A stretch of 64,000 bases of DNA from Bacteroidota bacterium (GCA_035362335.1 DAOSDL010000013.1:37686-101685), one strand, 5' to 3'; positions 35,984 to 48,774 are shown, counted from the stretch's first letter. Made by a program: numbers and translations. Notes: generated by a model from the sequence alone, not told the origin.

Positions 35984-37382
35984 GGTGGCGTTTTCGCTGC
36001 TGTTGTTGATGCACGTCGCCCAGGCGCAACGGGACGACACGCCGTTGGATGTACTCTCGAAAGCCCTGGACACGGAACTGCGTAGTCGGGCTCTGCGCAA
36101 TGCCCTGGTGGGTGTGGAAATCAGCGATGTGCGCGGCGGTACCATTCTGTACTCGCGCAACGCGGACATGCTGCTGCGTCCCGCGTCCACCACCAAACTG
36201 CTCACCTCCGCAGCTGCGTTGCTGCGTCTGCCGGACAATGCCGGCTTCACCACGCGTTTGCGCCGCACGGCTTCGGGCGGTACGCTCATCTGTGTTGGTG
36301 GAGGCGACCCGATGTTCTCCATGCAAGATATGGAAAAGCTGGCGGATTTCGCGCGCGACAGCGCGATAGCACGCTACGACACGTTGCTGCTCGATCCCTC
36401 CGTATTCGACAGCACGGTGTTCGGAGAAGGATGGATGTGGGACGACGAGGCGGATCCCTTCATGCCCGCGCTTTCCCCTTTCTGCCTCGAACGGAATATT
36501 GCTAGAATCAACGTGAGCAAAAGTACGCAACGTACTGGTAATATTGCGGTTGACTTTGATCCACCAAGCTCGATTCTCTCATGGTCGCGCGGCGGAAGCA
36601 GCGGCGAGACCGTCATTCGCAAACTCCCCCGCGGCAACCATTTCGTGATTCATGGCGCTGTACCCGCAACGCCTGTGCGTGAACGCTTTGCGATCTGGGA
36701 TCCGCGTGCGGTGTTCGCCGATGTGCTGCGAACGAAGCTCTTGCAGCGAGGTCTGGTGGACAGTACTGTGGTGCTGGCCATCGGCGGCACGGAGGCAACG
36801 GTGGTGGAGTTGGGCGCCATCGTGCGTCCGCTGGACGAGGTGCTTGCGGAGATGAACAAGCAGAGCGACAATCTTTGCGCCGAAATGACGCTCCGTCTGC
36901 TGGGGACTTCCCTGCCCGGTGGCGCAGCGAGTGCGAAGTCGGGTTTGGAGGCCATGCACGCGGCGTTTCGGGACAAGGGCTTGCCCACAGGTCCGCTCGC
37001 GTTGGTGGATGGTTCGGGAATTTCCTTCTACAATCTCGTCGGCGTGGGATTTCTGGGAAAGGTGTTGCGGCTGATGGCAGTGCAGACGCAATTCGAGCGT
37101 TACCGCAGCACGCTTGCGGTACCGGGCGGCGAGGGAACAATGCGCAACCGTTTGCAGGGAGAAAAACGCGTGGCTGGCGTGCGAATGAAAACCGGGACGC
37201 TGCGTGGAGTGAGCACGCTGGCTGGGTATGTGCAGGCGCCGGGGGGACGACTACTGGCGGTGGTATTGTTCATGCAGAACTTCACGGGCTCACATACTCC
37301 CTTCCGCGAAGCGCAGGACAGGATGGTGAGGCACTGCCTTGACTACAGTGCCTCACCGCAAAACACTACGCGACCTCGATGA
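35952..37382 (+). CDS. dacB: D-alanyl-D-alanine carboxypeptidase/endopeptidase (PBP4, peptidase S13, DacB family).
   Basis: All three penicillin-binding motifs are present: SxxK (PASTTKLLT), SxN (KQSDNLC) and KTG (RMKTGTL). A signal peptide is present. The start is either 35952 (MKCDLYRFSRM...) or 35982 (MVAFSLLLL...). Confidence 0.75.
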   Translation: MKCDLYRFSRMVAFSLLLLMHVAQAQRDDTPLDVLSKALDTELRSRALRNALVGVEISDVRGGTILYSRNADMLLRPASTTKLLTSAAALLRLPDNAGFTTRLRRTASGGTLICVGGGDPMFSMQDMEKLADFARDSAIARYDTLLLDPSVFDSTVFGEGWMWDDEADPFMPALSPFCLERNIARINVSKSTQRTGNIAVDFDPPSSILSWSRGGSSGETVIRKLPRGNHFVIHGAVPATPVRERFAIWDPRAVFADVLRTKLLQRGLVDSTVVLAIGGTEATVVELGAIVRPLDEVLAEMNKQSDNLCAEMTLRLLGTSLPGGAASAKSGLEAMHAAFRDKGLPTGPLALVDGSGISFYNLVGVGFLGKVLRLMAVQTQFERYRSTLAVPGGEGTMRNRLQGEKRVAGVRMKTGTLRGVSTLAGYVQAPGGRLLAVVLFMQNFTGSHTPFREAQDRMVRHCLDYSASPQNTTRPR

Positions 37383-37680
37383 GGGTACGGTACTCGGTTT
37401 TTCCATCCTTGACGAATTCGTCAACGATGCGGTTGATCAGCTGATCGGTGATATCGTCGGCGTCGTCCTCGAGAGCATCGTACTCTTCCATCGAATCGCA
37501 GATATACACCTCGTTGAAGGTATTCGGCTTGGTCATGCTTTCGTACACCGAATAGTTCTTCTTGCGCTCGTGCACGAGGTAATTCTTGAGCGCCTCGATG
37601 GTTTCGAGATACTCGTCACGCTTTTCCTCCCGGATCGGGTAGGAAATCATGAAAATGACCTTGGACATCGGGTTCTCCAT
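37366..37680 (-). CDS. Small acidic hypothetical protein (about 100 aa; possibly a dimeric alpha+beta-barrel / ABM-like fold).
   Basis: The sequence is MSKVIFMISYPIREEKRDEYLETIEALKNYLVHERKKNYSVYES...EVYICDSMEEYDALEDDADD. Its 3' end overlaps the dacB 3' end convergently by 17 nt. Confidence 0.4.
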   Translation of the reverse strand: MENPMSKVIFMISYPIREEKRDEYLETIEALKNYLVHERKKNYSVYESMTKPNTFNEVYICDSMEEYDALEDDADDITDQLINRIVDEFVKDGKTEYRTLIEVA

Positions 37681-37704
37681 TGAGTCGTTGCGAAATTGGT
37701 CCGA

Positions 37705-39891
37705 TCAGCGTCGACCGCCGTCGTTTCGGCCTCCGCCGCGGCGGTGACGATCGCCACCACCACCGCTACTGCGCCGGGGCGGATTGTCTTCGGGCTTTTC
37801 TTCATAGCCCTCGGGCGGAGTCATCAAGGCCTTGCGGCTGAGAACCATTTTGCCATTGTCCTCGACACGCAGCAGCTTCACCGTGACGATGTCGCCAACC
37901 TTCAGCACCTCATCCACCGAGCCAATGCGGCGGTAGTCGATTTGCGAGATGTGGAGCAATCCTTCCTTGCCGGGAAGAATTTCCACGAATGCGCCGAAGT
38001 CCGCTATTTTCTTCACCGGGCCGGTGTAGATTTCGCCCGCTTCGGGCACAGCGGTGATGCGACGAATCATTTCCACCGCTTTCTCGCTGGCTTCACCGTT
38101 CACCGAAGCGATGATCACGCGGCCATCATCCTCGATGTTGATTTCGGCGCCGCTCTCGGCCACGATGTTCTTGATGTGCTTGCCTCCCGGGCCGATCACC
38201 GCACCGATCATGTCCACCGGAATGTAAATGGTGGTCAATCGCGGAGCATAGGGCGAGAGATCCGGACGCGACTCGGTGATGGCCTCGGCCATGCGCTCGA
38301 GGATGTGCAAACGCGCCAGGCGTGCCTGCTCGAGGGCGGTTTCCATGATCGCGATGGTGATGCCCTTGATCTTGATGTCCATCTGATAGGAAGTGATACC
38401 ATCGGCGGTACCAGCGACTTTGAAGTCCATGTCGCCCAGATGATCCTCGTTGCCGAGAATATCGGTAAGCACCGCGACCTGCTCGCCTTCCTTGATCAGA
38501 CCCATCGCCACACCGGCCACGGGCTTTTTAATGGGCACGCCGGCATCCATGAGCGCCATCGAACCGGAGCAGACGGTGGCCATGGAGGACGAGCCATTGG
38601 ACTCGAGAATATCGCACACGAGGCGGATGGTGTAGGGAAATTCCTCTTCGGGCGGCAGCATGGCCTTGAGCGCACGCTCGGCCAGATTGCCGTGACCGAT
38701 TTCGCGGCGGCTGGTGAAGCCGAAGCGGCCCACTTCGCCCACGGAAAACGGCGGGAAGTTGTAGTGCAGCATGAAGCGCTTGCGGAATTCCTCAAGCAGA
38801 CCGTCGATGATCTGCTCGTCGGATTTCGTGCCCAGCGTGCAGCTCATGAGTGCCTGCGTCTCGCCACGGGTGAACAGTGCCGAACCATGCGCGCGGAACA
38901 ACAGACCCACTTCGCTGCTGATCGGCCGCACATCCGTCAGGCCACGGCCGTCGAGGCGCTGGCCTTTTTCGAGAATGGTCTGGCGCATGGCCTTTTTCTC
39001 GATATCGTGCACGATACCGGAAATCAGTTTTTCCTGCTCCGGAAACTCTTCGGCGAGGGCGGCCTGCACTTCCTCGTAGATCAATTTGGTGGCCTGCGCG
39101 CGCTCCTGCTTCTCCATCACCGTGCCGGCGAGTTCGAACAGGCGCGTGTAGCACAAGTCGTGAATGCGCTGCTCGAGACCCTCGGGCAGCTCGCGTGCCT
39201 GCACGTCCATGCGCGGCTTGCCCGCCTCGGCGGCGAACTCGTTGATGGCAGCGCAGATGGCCGCGATATGCTTGTGGCCAAAGGCCAGGGCATCGAGCAT
39301 GTCGCGCTCGGAAATCTGCTTGGACTCGCCTTCCACCATGAGAATGGAGTCGGCGGTACCGGCCACCACCAGTTCGAGATCAGCCAGCTTGAGCTGGGAG
39401 AACGTGGGATTGATCACGAACTCACCGTTCACGCGGCCGACACGTACCTCGGCGATGGGACCGTCGAACGGCGCACCCGCGATCATGAGCGCGGCCGAGG
39501 CCGCCGTGGCGGCGAGCACGTCGCCGTCATTCTCCTGATCGGAGCTGTACACCGAAGCGACGATTTGCACTTCGTTGCGAAAATCATCCGCAAACATCGG
39601 GCGGATGGGACGATCGATGAGACGTGCGGAGAGAATTTCCTTCTCCGACGGTTTGCCTTCGCGCTTGAACCACCCACCAGGGATTTTTCCTGCGGCGGAG
39701 ATCTTTTCCCTGTACTCGCAGCTCAGGGGGAAAAAGTCTATCCCCTCGCGCGGCGAATCGGCAAGGACCACAGTGGAAAGCACCATGGTTTCACCAAACG
39801 TGATGAGCACCGAACCCGAGGCCTGTCGGGCCAAACGTCCGGTCTCCAACGTCATGGTCTTGCCGCCGATCTCAATTGTTTTTCTTGTCAT
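37705..39891 (-). CDS. pnp: Polyribonucleotide nucleotidyltransferase (PNPase).
   Basis: Two RNase PH domains plus KH and S1 domains are present. The C-terminus is an RGG-rich tail (RRSSGGGGDRHRRGGGRNDGGRR). Confidence 0.95.
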   Translation of the reverse strand: MTRKTIEIGGKTMTLETGRLARQASGSVLITFGETMVLSTVVLADSPREGIDFFPLSCEYREKISAAGKIPGGWFKREGKPSEKEILSARLIDRPIRPMFADDFRNEVQIVASVYSSDQENDGDVLAATAASAALMIAGAPFDGPIAEVRVGRVNGEFVINPTFSQLKLADLELVVAGTADSILMVEGESKQISERDMLDALAFGHKHIAAICAAINEFAAEAGKPRMDVQARELPEGLEQRIHDLCYTRLFELAGTVMEKQERAQATKLIYEEVQAALAEEFPEQEKLISGIVHDIEKKAMRQTILEKGQRLDGRGLTDVRPISSEVGLLFRAHGSALFTRGETQALMSCTLGTKSDEQIIDGLLEEFRKRFMLHYNFPPFSVGEVGRFGFTSRREIGHGNLAERALKAMLPPEEEFPYTIRLVCDILESNGSSSMATVCSGSMALMDAGVPIKKPVAGVAMGLIKEGEQVAVLTDILGNEDHLGDMDFKVAGTADGITSYQMDIKIKGITIAIMETALEQARLARLHILERMAEAITESRPDLSPYAPRLTTIYIPVDMIGAVIGPGGKHIKNIVAESGAEINIEDDGRVIIASVNGEASEKAVEMIRRITAVPEAGEIYTGPVKKIADFGAFVEILPGKEGLLHISQIDYRRIGSVDEVLKVGDIVTVKLLRVEDNGKMVLSRKALMTPPEGYEEKPEDNPPRRSSGGGGDRHRRGGGRNDGGRR

Positions 39892-39935
39892 ATCTTCCTT
39901 CTTCTTTTATGTGTTCCCTCGATGGGGGTGGCGCA

Positions 39936-40205
39936 TTACTTGCGCAGCTCGAGTTCCTTGACGATGGCGCGGTAGCGGTTCATGTCCACTTTCTGCAGAT
40001 AAGCGAGCAGACGACGGCGCTTGCCGACCATTTTCAACAACCCGCGACGGCTGTGATGGTCCTTTTTGAATGCTTCGAAATGAGGCGAGAGTCCGTTGAT
40101 CGTTTCGGTGAGGATGGCAATTTGCACTTCCGGCTTCCCGCTATCCTTCTCATGGTCACCGAATTTCTTGATCAACTCCAGTTTGCGTTCTGTGGTCAAC
40201 GGCAT
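39936..40205 (-). CDS. rpsO: 30S ribosomal protein S15.
   Basis: The 89-aa sequence begins [16 protein letters not shown]..., has [16 protein letters not shown] in the middle and ends [12 protein letters not shown]. Confidence 0.95.
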   Translation of the reverse strand: MPLTTERKLELIKKFGDHEKDSGKPEVQIAILTETINGLSPHFEAFKKDHHSRRGLLKMVGKRRRLLAYLQKVDMNRYRAIVKELELRK

Positions 40206-40242
40206 TGTGTTCTCCTTGGGTACACTGAGTTATATGATGTCG

Positions 40243-41202
40243 TTATCGTTGCAATGTGCGTGCGCGCCATTCCTGGGCGCGTTCGATGTCGGAGCGGATT
40301 TGCGCCTGCAACTGCTCGCGCGAGTCGAAACGGATTTCATCGCGCAGGCGGTCGAGCACATCCACACGAAGGCGATTTCCATACAAATCGCCGGAAAATT
40401 CTAAAATATGAACTTCCAGTGAAAGATGCATCTGTTCTGAGACAGTGGGACGAATTCCGATGTTCATCACGCCGGCGTGAGGAGCGCTTACCCCACTCTC
40501 GTCCAACACATGCACATCCACCACGTACACACCGTGTTTCGGCAGAAGCTTGCCCGGATGGGACACGTCGATATTCGCCGTGGGAAAGCCCAGCGTCGAA
40601 CCCACCCCTTCACCGCGCACCACTACACCCGTGAAGGAATACGGCCTGCCCAGAAACTGCGCGGCCTGTCGCGGCATGCCCTCGCCCAACGCCCGCCGAA
40701 TGGCACTGCTGCTCACCTTCACGCCGTCCATAAGCCGCTCGCCCACTACCTGCACATCCACGGCATGCGTCTCGCCGAGGCGACGCAATTCGTCCACCGT
40801 ACCCGAGCGACCCTTGCCGAAAGCGTGATCCACGCCGACGACAATGTGTCGCGCATGGAGACGTCCGATACAGTAATCGTGGAAAAACGTTGCCGCGTCG
40901 AGCATGGAGACATCGCGGGTGAAGGGCAACACCACGCAGGTGTCGATGCCAAGCGCGGCGATACGTTCGATGCGTTCCTCTATGGTGCTGAGCAGATACG
41001 TGGGTCCTCCCGATCTGCCAATCACCTCGCGCGGATGCGGATCGAAGGTGAGCAGCACGGAAGGCAACGCCTGAGTACGTGCCGTAGAGAGCACGCGTTC
41101 GAGAATTTTCTCATGCCCGAGATGCACGCCGTCGAAGGTGCCCAGTGTGAGCACGACAGCGTGGTCGTGTGGATACTCCGCGAGATCACGGCAGACGATC
41201 AT
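40243..41202 (-). CDS. ribF: Bifunctional riboflavin kinase / FMN adenylyltransferase.
   Basis: The FAD synthetase N-terminus (LTLGTFDGVHLGHEKI) and the riboflavin kinase C-terminus (GVVVRGEGVGSTLGFPTANI) are both present. The start MIVCRDL overlaps the truB stop. Confidence 0.85.
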   Translation of the reverse strand: MIVCRDLAEYPHDHAVVLTLGTFDGVHLGHEKILERVLSTARTQALPSVLLTFDPHPREVIGRSGGPTYLLSTIEERIERIAALGIDTCVVLPFTRDVSMLDAATFFHDYCIGRLHARHIVVGVDHAFGKGRSGTVDELRRLGETHAVDVQVVGERLMDGVKVSSSAIRRALGEGMPRQAAQFLGRPYSFTGVVVRGEGVGSTLGFPTANIDVSHPGKLLPKHGVYVVDVHVLDESGVSAPHAGVMNIGIRPTVSEQMHLSLEVHILEFSGDLYGNRLRVDVLDRLRDEIRFDSREQLQAQIRSDIERAQEWRARTLQR

Positions 41203-41930
41203 CCCGCCTCCTCGCCATGCCTGCGGTTGCGCAATTCCTGCGCCTGCTCGTGCAGGCGGTCGATATTCCATGCTTCGTCCACATGAAATTCGCCGATGGC
41301 CACGCGCCGTAATTCGCGCAAATAGGCGCCACAGCCCAGCCATGCGCCAAGGTCGTGCGCCAGGGTGCGGACATAGGTGCCTTTCGAACAATGCACCACA
41401 AAGGACACGTCGTCTCCTTCGCGAGGGCCGAGTTCAAAGGAATGCACCATTACTTCCCGCTGCTTGCGCTCCACTTCGAGACCTTTACGCGCGAGATTGT
41501 ACAGACGCTGTCCATCCACCTTGACAGCCGAAAACATGGGCGGCAACTGCATGATGCTGCCGGTCAGCAACGCGGCGCCTTCGCGAATGCGGGCGTCCTC
41601 GATATGGTCGGTGGGCCGGTGGTCGCTTTCCTCACTCGCCGCGTCGTAACTGGCGGTGACGGCGCCGAGGCGTAGCACGCCCTCGTAGACCTTGGGCAAC
41701 GCCTGGAAGGCATCGATACGTTTGGTGAGCGTCGAGGAACAGAGAATGAGCAAACCCGTGGCGAGCGGATCGAGTGTGCCGGCGTGGCCGACCTTTTTGA
41801 CACGCAGCATGCCGCGGACCTTTTTCACGACGTCGAAGGACGTCCAGTCACGCGGCTTGTCCACGAGGAGCACCCCGCCGGTGCGGGAAATGAAGCGATC
41901 GACGCTATTGAATCCCTCCACGTCGGTCAA
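41199..41930 (-). CDS. truB: tRNA pseudouridine(55) synthase TruB.
   Basis: The catalytic Asp lies in KKVGHAGTLDPLATGLL. The ATG overlaps the rbfA stop. Confidence 0.9.
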   Translation of the reverse strand: MTDVEGFNSVDRFISRTGGVLLVDKPRDWTSFDVVKKVRGMLRVKKVGHAGTLDPLATGLLILCSSTLTKRIDAFQALPKVYEGVLRLGAVTASYDAASEESDHRPTDHIEDARIREGAALLTGSIMQLPPMFSAVKVDGQRLYNLARKGLEVERKQREVMVHSFELGPREGDDVSFVVHCSKGTYVRTLAHDLGAWLGCGAYLRELRRVAIGEFHVDEAWNIDRLHEQAQELRNRRHGEEAG

Positions 41931-42280
41931 CGGTTTTTCTCGTCCTCGTGAATTTGCTTGAACAATTGCTCGAGGCGTTCGGCCCGCTCCAGCGACTCGT
42001 CGATGACGAATTTCAGCTCGGGCGTAAACTTGAGTCGAACCCCGCGTCCCACGGCCATGCGCAATTCCTTGGCGTATTGCTCGAAAAACGCCAGCACCTG
42101 CTGATTGCTCTTACCGCTGTGATAGTGGCTGACGAACACGCGGGCGTTGCGCAGATCGGCGGAGAGCGACACCTCGGTGACGGTCAGCAGACCGAAGTCG
42201 CCGGTGTCGATATCCCGCGCAAGCGTTTCGCTCAGCACGCGACGGATTTCCGCCGCCACACGTTCGGTGCGAATGGACAT
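41927..42280 (-). CDS. rbfA: Ribosome-binding factor A.
   Basis: The sequence RVAAEIRRVLSETLARDI...LLTVTEVSLSADLRNARVFVS is characteristic of RbfA. Confidence 0.9.
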   Translation of the reverse strand: MSIRTERVAAEIRRVLSETLARDIDTGDFGLLTVTEVSLSADLRNARVFVSHYHSGKSNQQVLAFFEQYAKELRMAVGRGVRLKFTPELKFVIDESLERAERLEQLFKQIHEDEKNR

Positions 42281-42281
42281 G

Positions 42282-45116
<2,835 letters not shown>

Positions 45117-45160
45117 GCCGCCAGATTACATTAGTGAGAGAACAGGTGCTCCGCCGCTGC

Positions 45161-46426
45161 CTAGTCTTCGTCGGCAAATGCCTTCTTCATTTCTATCACC
45201 ACGTCGTTGATGCGTTCGATGGTGATACCAGGGACTTTGGAGAGAATATCGGACACGGGAGCGAGAATGATGTCGTTGGCCGTGCGGTAGCCGGCGCTGA
45301 TGAAGCTGTTGATCAGCTCCTCGCCGAACTCGGGCACGAATTCCGCGAGATCGATCTCGTACTCGGCCATGGTCTTGGTGATTTCCTCGCCTTCCTTGAC
45401 GATCTCGATACGGAAGCCCGTGAGTTCGGAAGCGAGGCGGATGTTTTGTCCGTTGCGGCCGATGGCCAGCGAAGCCTGCTCGGTGTCCACATGCACACGC
45501 GCGCTGCGTGTTGCGCGGTCGAGCTTGATGTCCATGAGCTTCGCGGGAGCCAGGGCGCGTTGAATGAACACGAAGGGATCCTCGGTGTAGTTGATCACGT
45601 CGATGTTCTCGTTGTTGAGTTCCCGCACGATGGCGTGGATGCGCACGCCTTTCATGCCCACGCAGGCGCCCACGGCGTCGATGCGGTCGTCATGCGACTC
45701 CACCGCCACCTTCGCACGCTCGCCCGGCTCGCGGGCGATTTTGCGAATGGAGATCACTCCATCGTAAATCTCGGGAATTTCCTGCTCGAACAGCTTCTGG
45801 AGAAAGAGATTGTCGGCGCGGGACACGATGACCATGGGCATGCCGCTGCCCTTGCGCACAACTTCCTTGACCACGCAGCGAATCACATCGCCCTTGCGGT
45901 AGCGTTCCTTGGCTATCTGCTCGGATTTCGGCAGCAGCAATTCCGTGCGGTTGTGATTGATCAGCACGTCGTTGCGGCGCACCTGATACACATCACCCAC
46001 CACGATATCACCCACCTTGTCGGCGTATTCGTCGTGAATGAGGTCCTTCTCGATTTCCTTGATGCGCTGGTTGAGATTCTGCTTGGCGGTGGACACCAAT
46101 CGACGGCCGAATTCCGCCAGGTCGATGATTTCCACGAATTCCTCGCCCACTTCGAGTTCCTCGCCCGATTTATTCCGCGCGGTTTCAATATCCACTTGCA
46201 GCGTGGGATCCTCGACGGTATCCACCACTTCGCGGATGAGGAAGATTTCGATATCGCCCTTGTCCATGTTGACAACGATTTCGAAGTTGGCTTCCGGCCC
46301 GTATTTCTTGCGGACCATCATTCCGAAAATGTCCTCGATCACCGAGACGAGACGGTCGCGATCGATTCCTTTTTCGCGGACCATCTGGCTGAACGATTCG
46401 ACGATCTCTGAATTCATTCGGCTCAT
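45161..46426 (-). CDS. nusA: Transcription termination/antitermination factor NusA.
   Basis: NTD, S1 and KH1/KH2 domains are recognisable (GDIVVGDVYQVRRNDVLI...). The protein is 421 aa. Confidence 0.95.
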   Translation of the reverse strand: MSRMNSEIVESFSQMVREKGIDRDRLVSVIEDIFGMMVRKKYGPEANFEIVVNMDKGDIEIFLIREVVDTVEDPTLQVDIETARNKSGEELEVGEEFVEIIDLAEFGRRLVSTAKQNLNQRIKEIEKDLIHDEYADKVGDIVVGDVYQVRRNDVLINHNRTELLLPKSEQIAKERYRKGDVIRCVVKEVVRKGSGMPMVIVSRADNLFLQKLFEQEIPEIYDGVISIRKIAREPGERAKVAVESHDDRIDAVGACVGMKGVRIHAIVRELNNENIDVINYTEDPFVFIQRALAPAKLMDIKLDRATRSARVHVDTEQASLAIGRNGQNIRLASELTGFRIEIVKEGEEITKTMAEYEIDLAEFVPEFGEELINSFISAGYRTANDIILAPVSDILSKVPGITIERINDVVIEMKKAFADED

Positions 46427-46469
46427 TGCTGTACTCCTGCTTCCGGCACGGTGGTGTTCCTGGTACTGA

Positions 46470-46922
46470 TCAAAGGGAAATGAGTATCATTGCGCGTTCG
46501 ATATCGGCGAACGGGACGACGCGGCTCGCGTCGTCGACACGAAGTTCCACCGATTGGTCGCTGGCCGCGACGATTTCGCCGACGACGGTGGCGCTGCTCT
46601 CGCCCTCACGGATGACGAGTTCCACTTCACGGCCCGCGTGGCGGCGATACTGCCAGGCGTAGCGCAGTGGACGGTCGAGACCCGGGGAGGAAACGTTCAT
46701 GGTGTAGGCGCCACCGAACCAGCCGCGCTCGTCGGCCGTCGCGCAAAGGGCGCGATTGATATCGGCCAGCATCTCGCTGCCGATGCCCTCTTCGGTGTCG
46801 GTGTACACATCGACAACGGTGCGCTGACCGGCCCTGCGGAACGTGATGTCCACCACATGGGCGCCGCTGGTTTCCACCAGCGCTTCCATGGTTTGCGCTA
46901 TGTCCGTTTTTGCTTCCACCAT
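46470..46922 (-). CDS. rimP: Ribosome maturation factor RimP.
   Basis: The conserved NVSSPGLDRPL motif is present. The start MVEAKTDIAQTMEALVE is chosen by alignment logic against the E. coli RimP N-terminus. Confidence 0.85.
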   Translation of the reverse strand: MVEAKTDIAQTMEALVETSGAHVVDITFRRAGQRTVVDVYTDTEEGIGSEMLADINRALCATADERGWFGGAYTMNVSSPGLDRPLRYAWQYRRHAGREVELVIREGESSATVVGEIVAASDQSVELRVDDASRVVPFADIERAMILISL

Positions 46923-47056
46923 AACAAAAAATGCGGGTCGCCCCACATCATCCGTAACAGACTAATATAGTTAGAGCGCCGTTCGTTTGCAATTTCCCCC
47001 GCATCTTTTTTCATTAGATACTCGAAAGTTCTGATGAATCTTCAGGTATTCCACCC

Positions 47057-47512
47057 ATGCCGACGCCGAACGAGGCAGTGAAAAGTATCTTGATCAACCG
47101 TCGGGCGCGGCACGAGTACCATGTGCTGGACACGCTCGAGGTGGGCATTGTGTTGCGCGGCACCGAGGTGAAATCCATACGCGCGGGCAAGGTCAATTTG
47201 CAGGACAGTTATGCCGCCATCGACAAAGGCGAGCTGTACCTCCACAACATGCACATCAGCCCCTTCGAGAAAGGAAATATTTTCAATCACGATCCCGTGC
47301 GCGTGCGCAAACTTCTGGCAAGGCGGAAGGAAATCCTCAAGCTGGCGCAGAAAACCAACGAGAAGGGCCTGACTCTCATACCGTTGCAGGTCTACTTTCT
47401 CGGCAGGCATGTGAAAATCGAATTGGGCATCTGCAAAGGCAAGAAACTCTACGACAAGCGGGAATCACTCAAAACGCGCGATATTCAGCGCGAGATGGAA
47501 CGCGACAGGTGA
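47057..47512 (+). CDS. smpB: SsrA-binding protein SmpB.
   Basis: The sequence INRRARHEYHVLDTLEVGIVLRGTEVKSIR is characteristic of SmpB. Confidence 0.95.
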   Translation: MPTPNEAVKSILINRRARHEYHVLDTLEVGIVLRGTEVKSIRAGKVNLQDSYAAIDKGELYLHNMHISPFEKGNIFNHDPVRVRKLLARRKEILKLAQKTNEKGLTLIPLQVYFLGRHVKIELGICKGKKLYDKRESLKTRDIQREMERDR

Positions 47513-48732
47513 CACCTACCCATTTTCCCCCCATCAACGAACAGATGGATCTCATCCGCCGCGGGGTATCGGAGATACTTCCCGAAGAGGAACTGGTCCG
47601 GAAGCTCGAACATGCCGCAAGCACCGGCACAGCCCTCAACGTCAAACTGGGATGCGATCCCAGTCGGCCAGACCTGCATCTCGGTCATTCGGTGGTGCTG
47701 CGCAAACTGCGCCATTTCCAGGACCTCGGTCACCAGGCCATTCTCATCGTCGGTGATTTCACCGGCATGATCGGCGATCCCACGGGCAAGAGCAAGACGC
47801 GTCCCTCGCTCACACTGGATGAGACGCGCGCCAACGGGCAGTCCTATTTCGAGCAGGCGGCCAAAGTTCTCGACATCGAACGCGTGCACATCCGCTACAA
47901 TTCGGATTGGCTCGCGCCGATGACCTTCGAGGATGTGATCAAGCTCGCCGCGCGTTACACCGTTGCCCGCATGCTCGAACGAGACGATTTCGAGAAGCGC
48001 TACCGCAAGCAGGAGCCCATTTCCATACACGAATTCCTCTACCCCCTCGCGCAGGGCATGGATTCGGTGGCGATTCGTTCCGATGTGGAATTGGGCGGTA
48101 CCGATCAGAAATTCAACCTGCTCGTGGGTCGGGAACTGCAGCGCGAGTACGGTCAGTCGCCGCAGGTGATTCTCACCATGCCGCTGCTCGAAGGCACCGA
48201 CGGCGTGGAGAAAATGAGCAAGTCCCTCGACAACTACATCGCATTCAACGATACACCCGAGGACATGTACGGCAAAACGCTGTCCATTCCCGACACGATG
48301 ATTCTCCCCTACTTCCGCCTCGTCACCGACGTGCCCGCCGAGCGCGTGGCTGCAGTCGGTCGCGAAATGGAAGCGGGAGCAAATCCCCGCGATTTCAAAC
48401 GCGAACTCGCCCGCACCATCGTGGCCGCCTACTACGACGCTCCGGCGGCCGAAGCTGCCGAAGCGCATTTCGATCGTGTGATCAAAAATAAAATGGCTCC
48501 CGAGGACGTGGAAACGTTTATTCTTGATCGCGCGAGTGATACATTGCTACTCGATATTCTCTGCGAGGCCGGACTCGTCCAGTCCAAGGGCGAAGGACGC
48601 CGACTCATGCAGCAATCCGCTGTCAGCGTCGGCGAGCAGCGCATCACCGATCCCCGTGCGCCGGTACCCGATGGCGACGAGGTGATTGTGCGCGTCGGGA
48701 AGCTTCGCTTCATCAAGATTGTTCGTCAATAA
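47509..48732 (+). CDS. tyrS: Tyrosine--tRNA ligase.
   Basis: The HIGH region (DPSRPDLHLGH), the KMSKS motif and a C-terminal S4-like domain are present. It overlaps smpB by 4 nt. Confidence 0.95.
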   Translation: MTPTHFPPINEQMDLIRRGVSEILPEEELVRKLEHAASTGTALNVKLGCDPSRPDLHLGHSVVLRKLRHFQDLGHQAILIVGDFTGMIGDPTGKSKTRPSLTLDETRANGQSYFEQAAKVLDIERVHIRYNSDWLAPMTFEDVIKLAARYTVARMLERDDFEKRYRKQEPISIHEFLYPLAQGMDSVAIRSDVELGGTDQKFNLLVGRELQREYGQSPQVILTMPLLEGTDGVEKMSKSLDNYIAFNDTPEDMYGKTLSIPDTMILPYFRLVTDVPAERVAAVGREMEAGANPRDFKRELARTIVAAYYDAPAAEAAEAHFDRVIKNKMAPEDVETFILDRASDTLLLDILCEAGLVQSKGEGRRLMQQSAVSVGEQRITDPRAPVPDGDEVIVRVGKLRFIKIVRQ

Positions 48733-48774
48733 TTTCTTTTCACCGCTCACGCGCATACACAGGAGGAAGCCAGG

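Noticed and set aside
37696-39975. 759-aa plus-strand ORF antisense to pnp/rpsO
   Set aside because: A shadow ORF spanning two real genes on the other strand.
46947-47056. Possible tmRNA (ssrA) next to smpB
   Set aside because: The 110-bp rimP-smpB intergenic region is far too short for a ~350-nt tmRNA and lacks a tRNA-like acceptor/T-arm. ssrA must be elsewhere in the genome.
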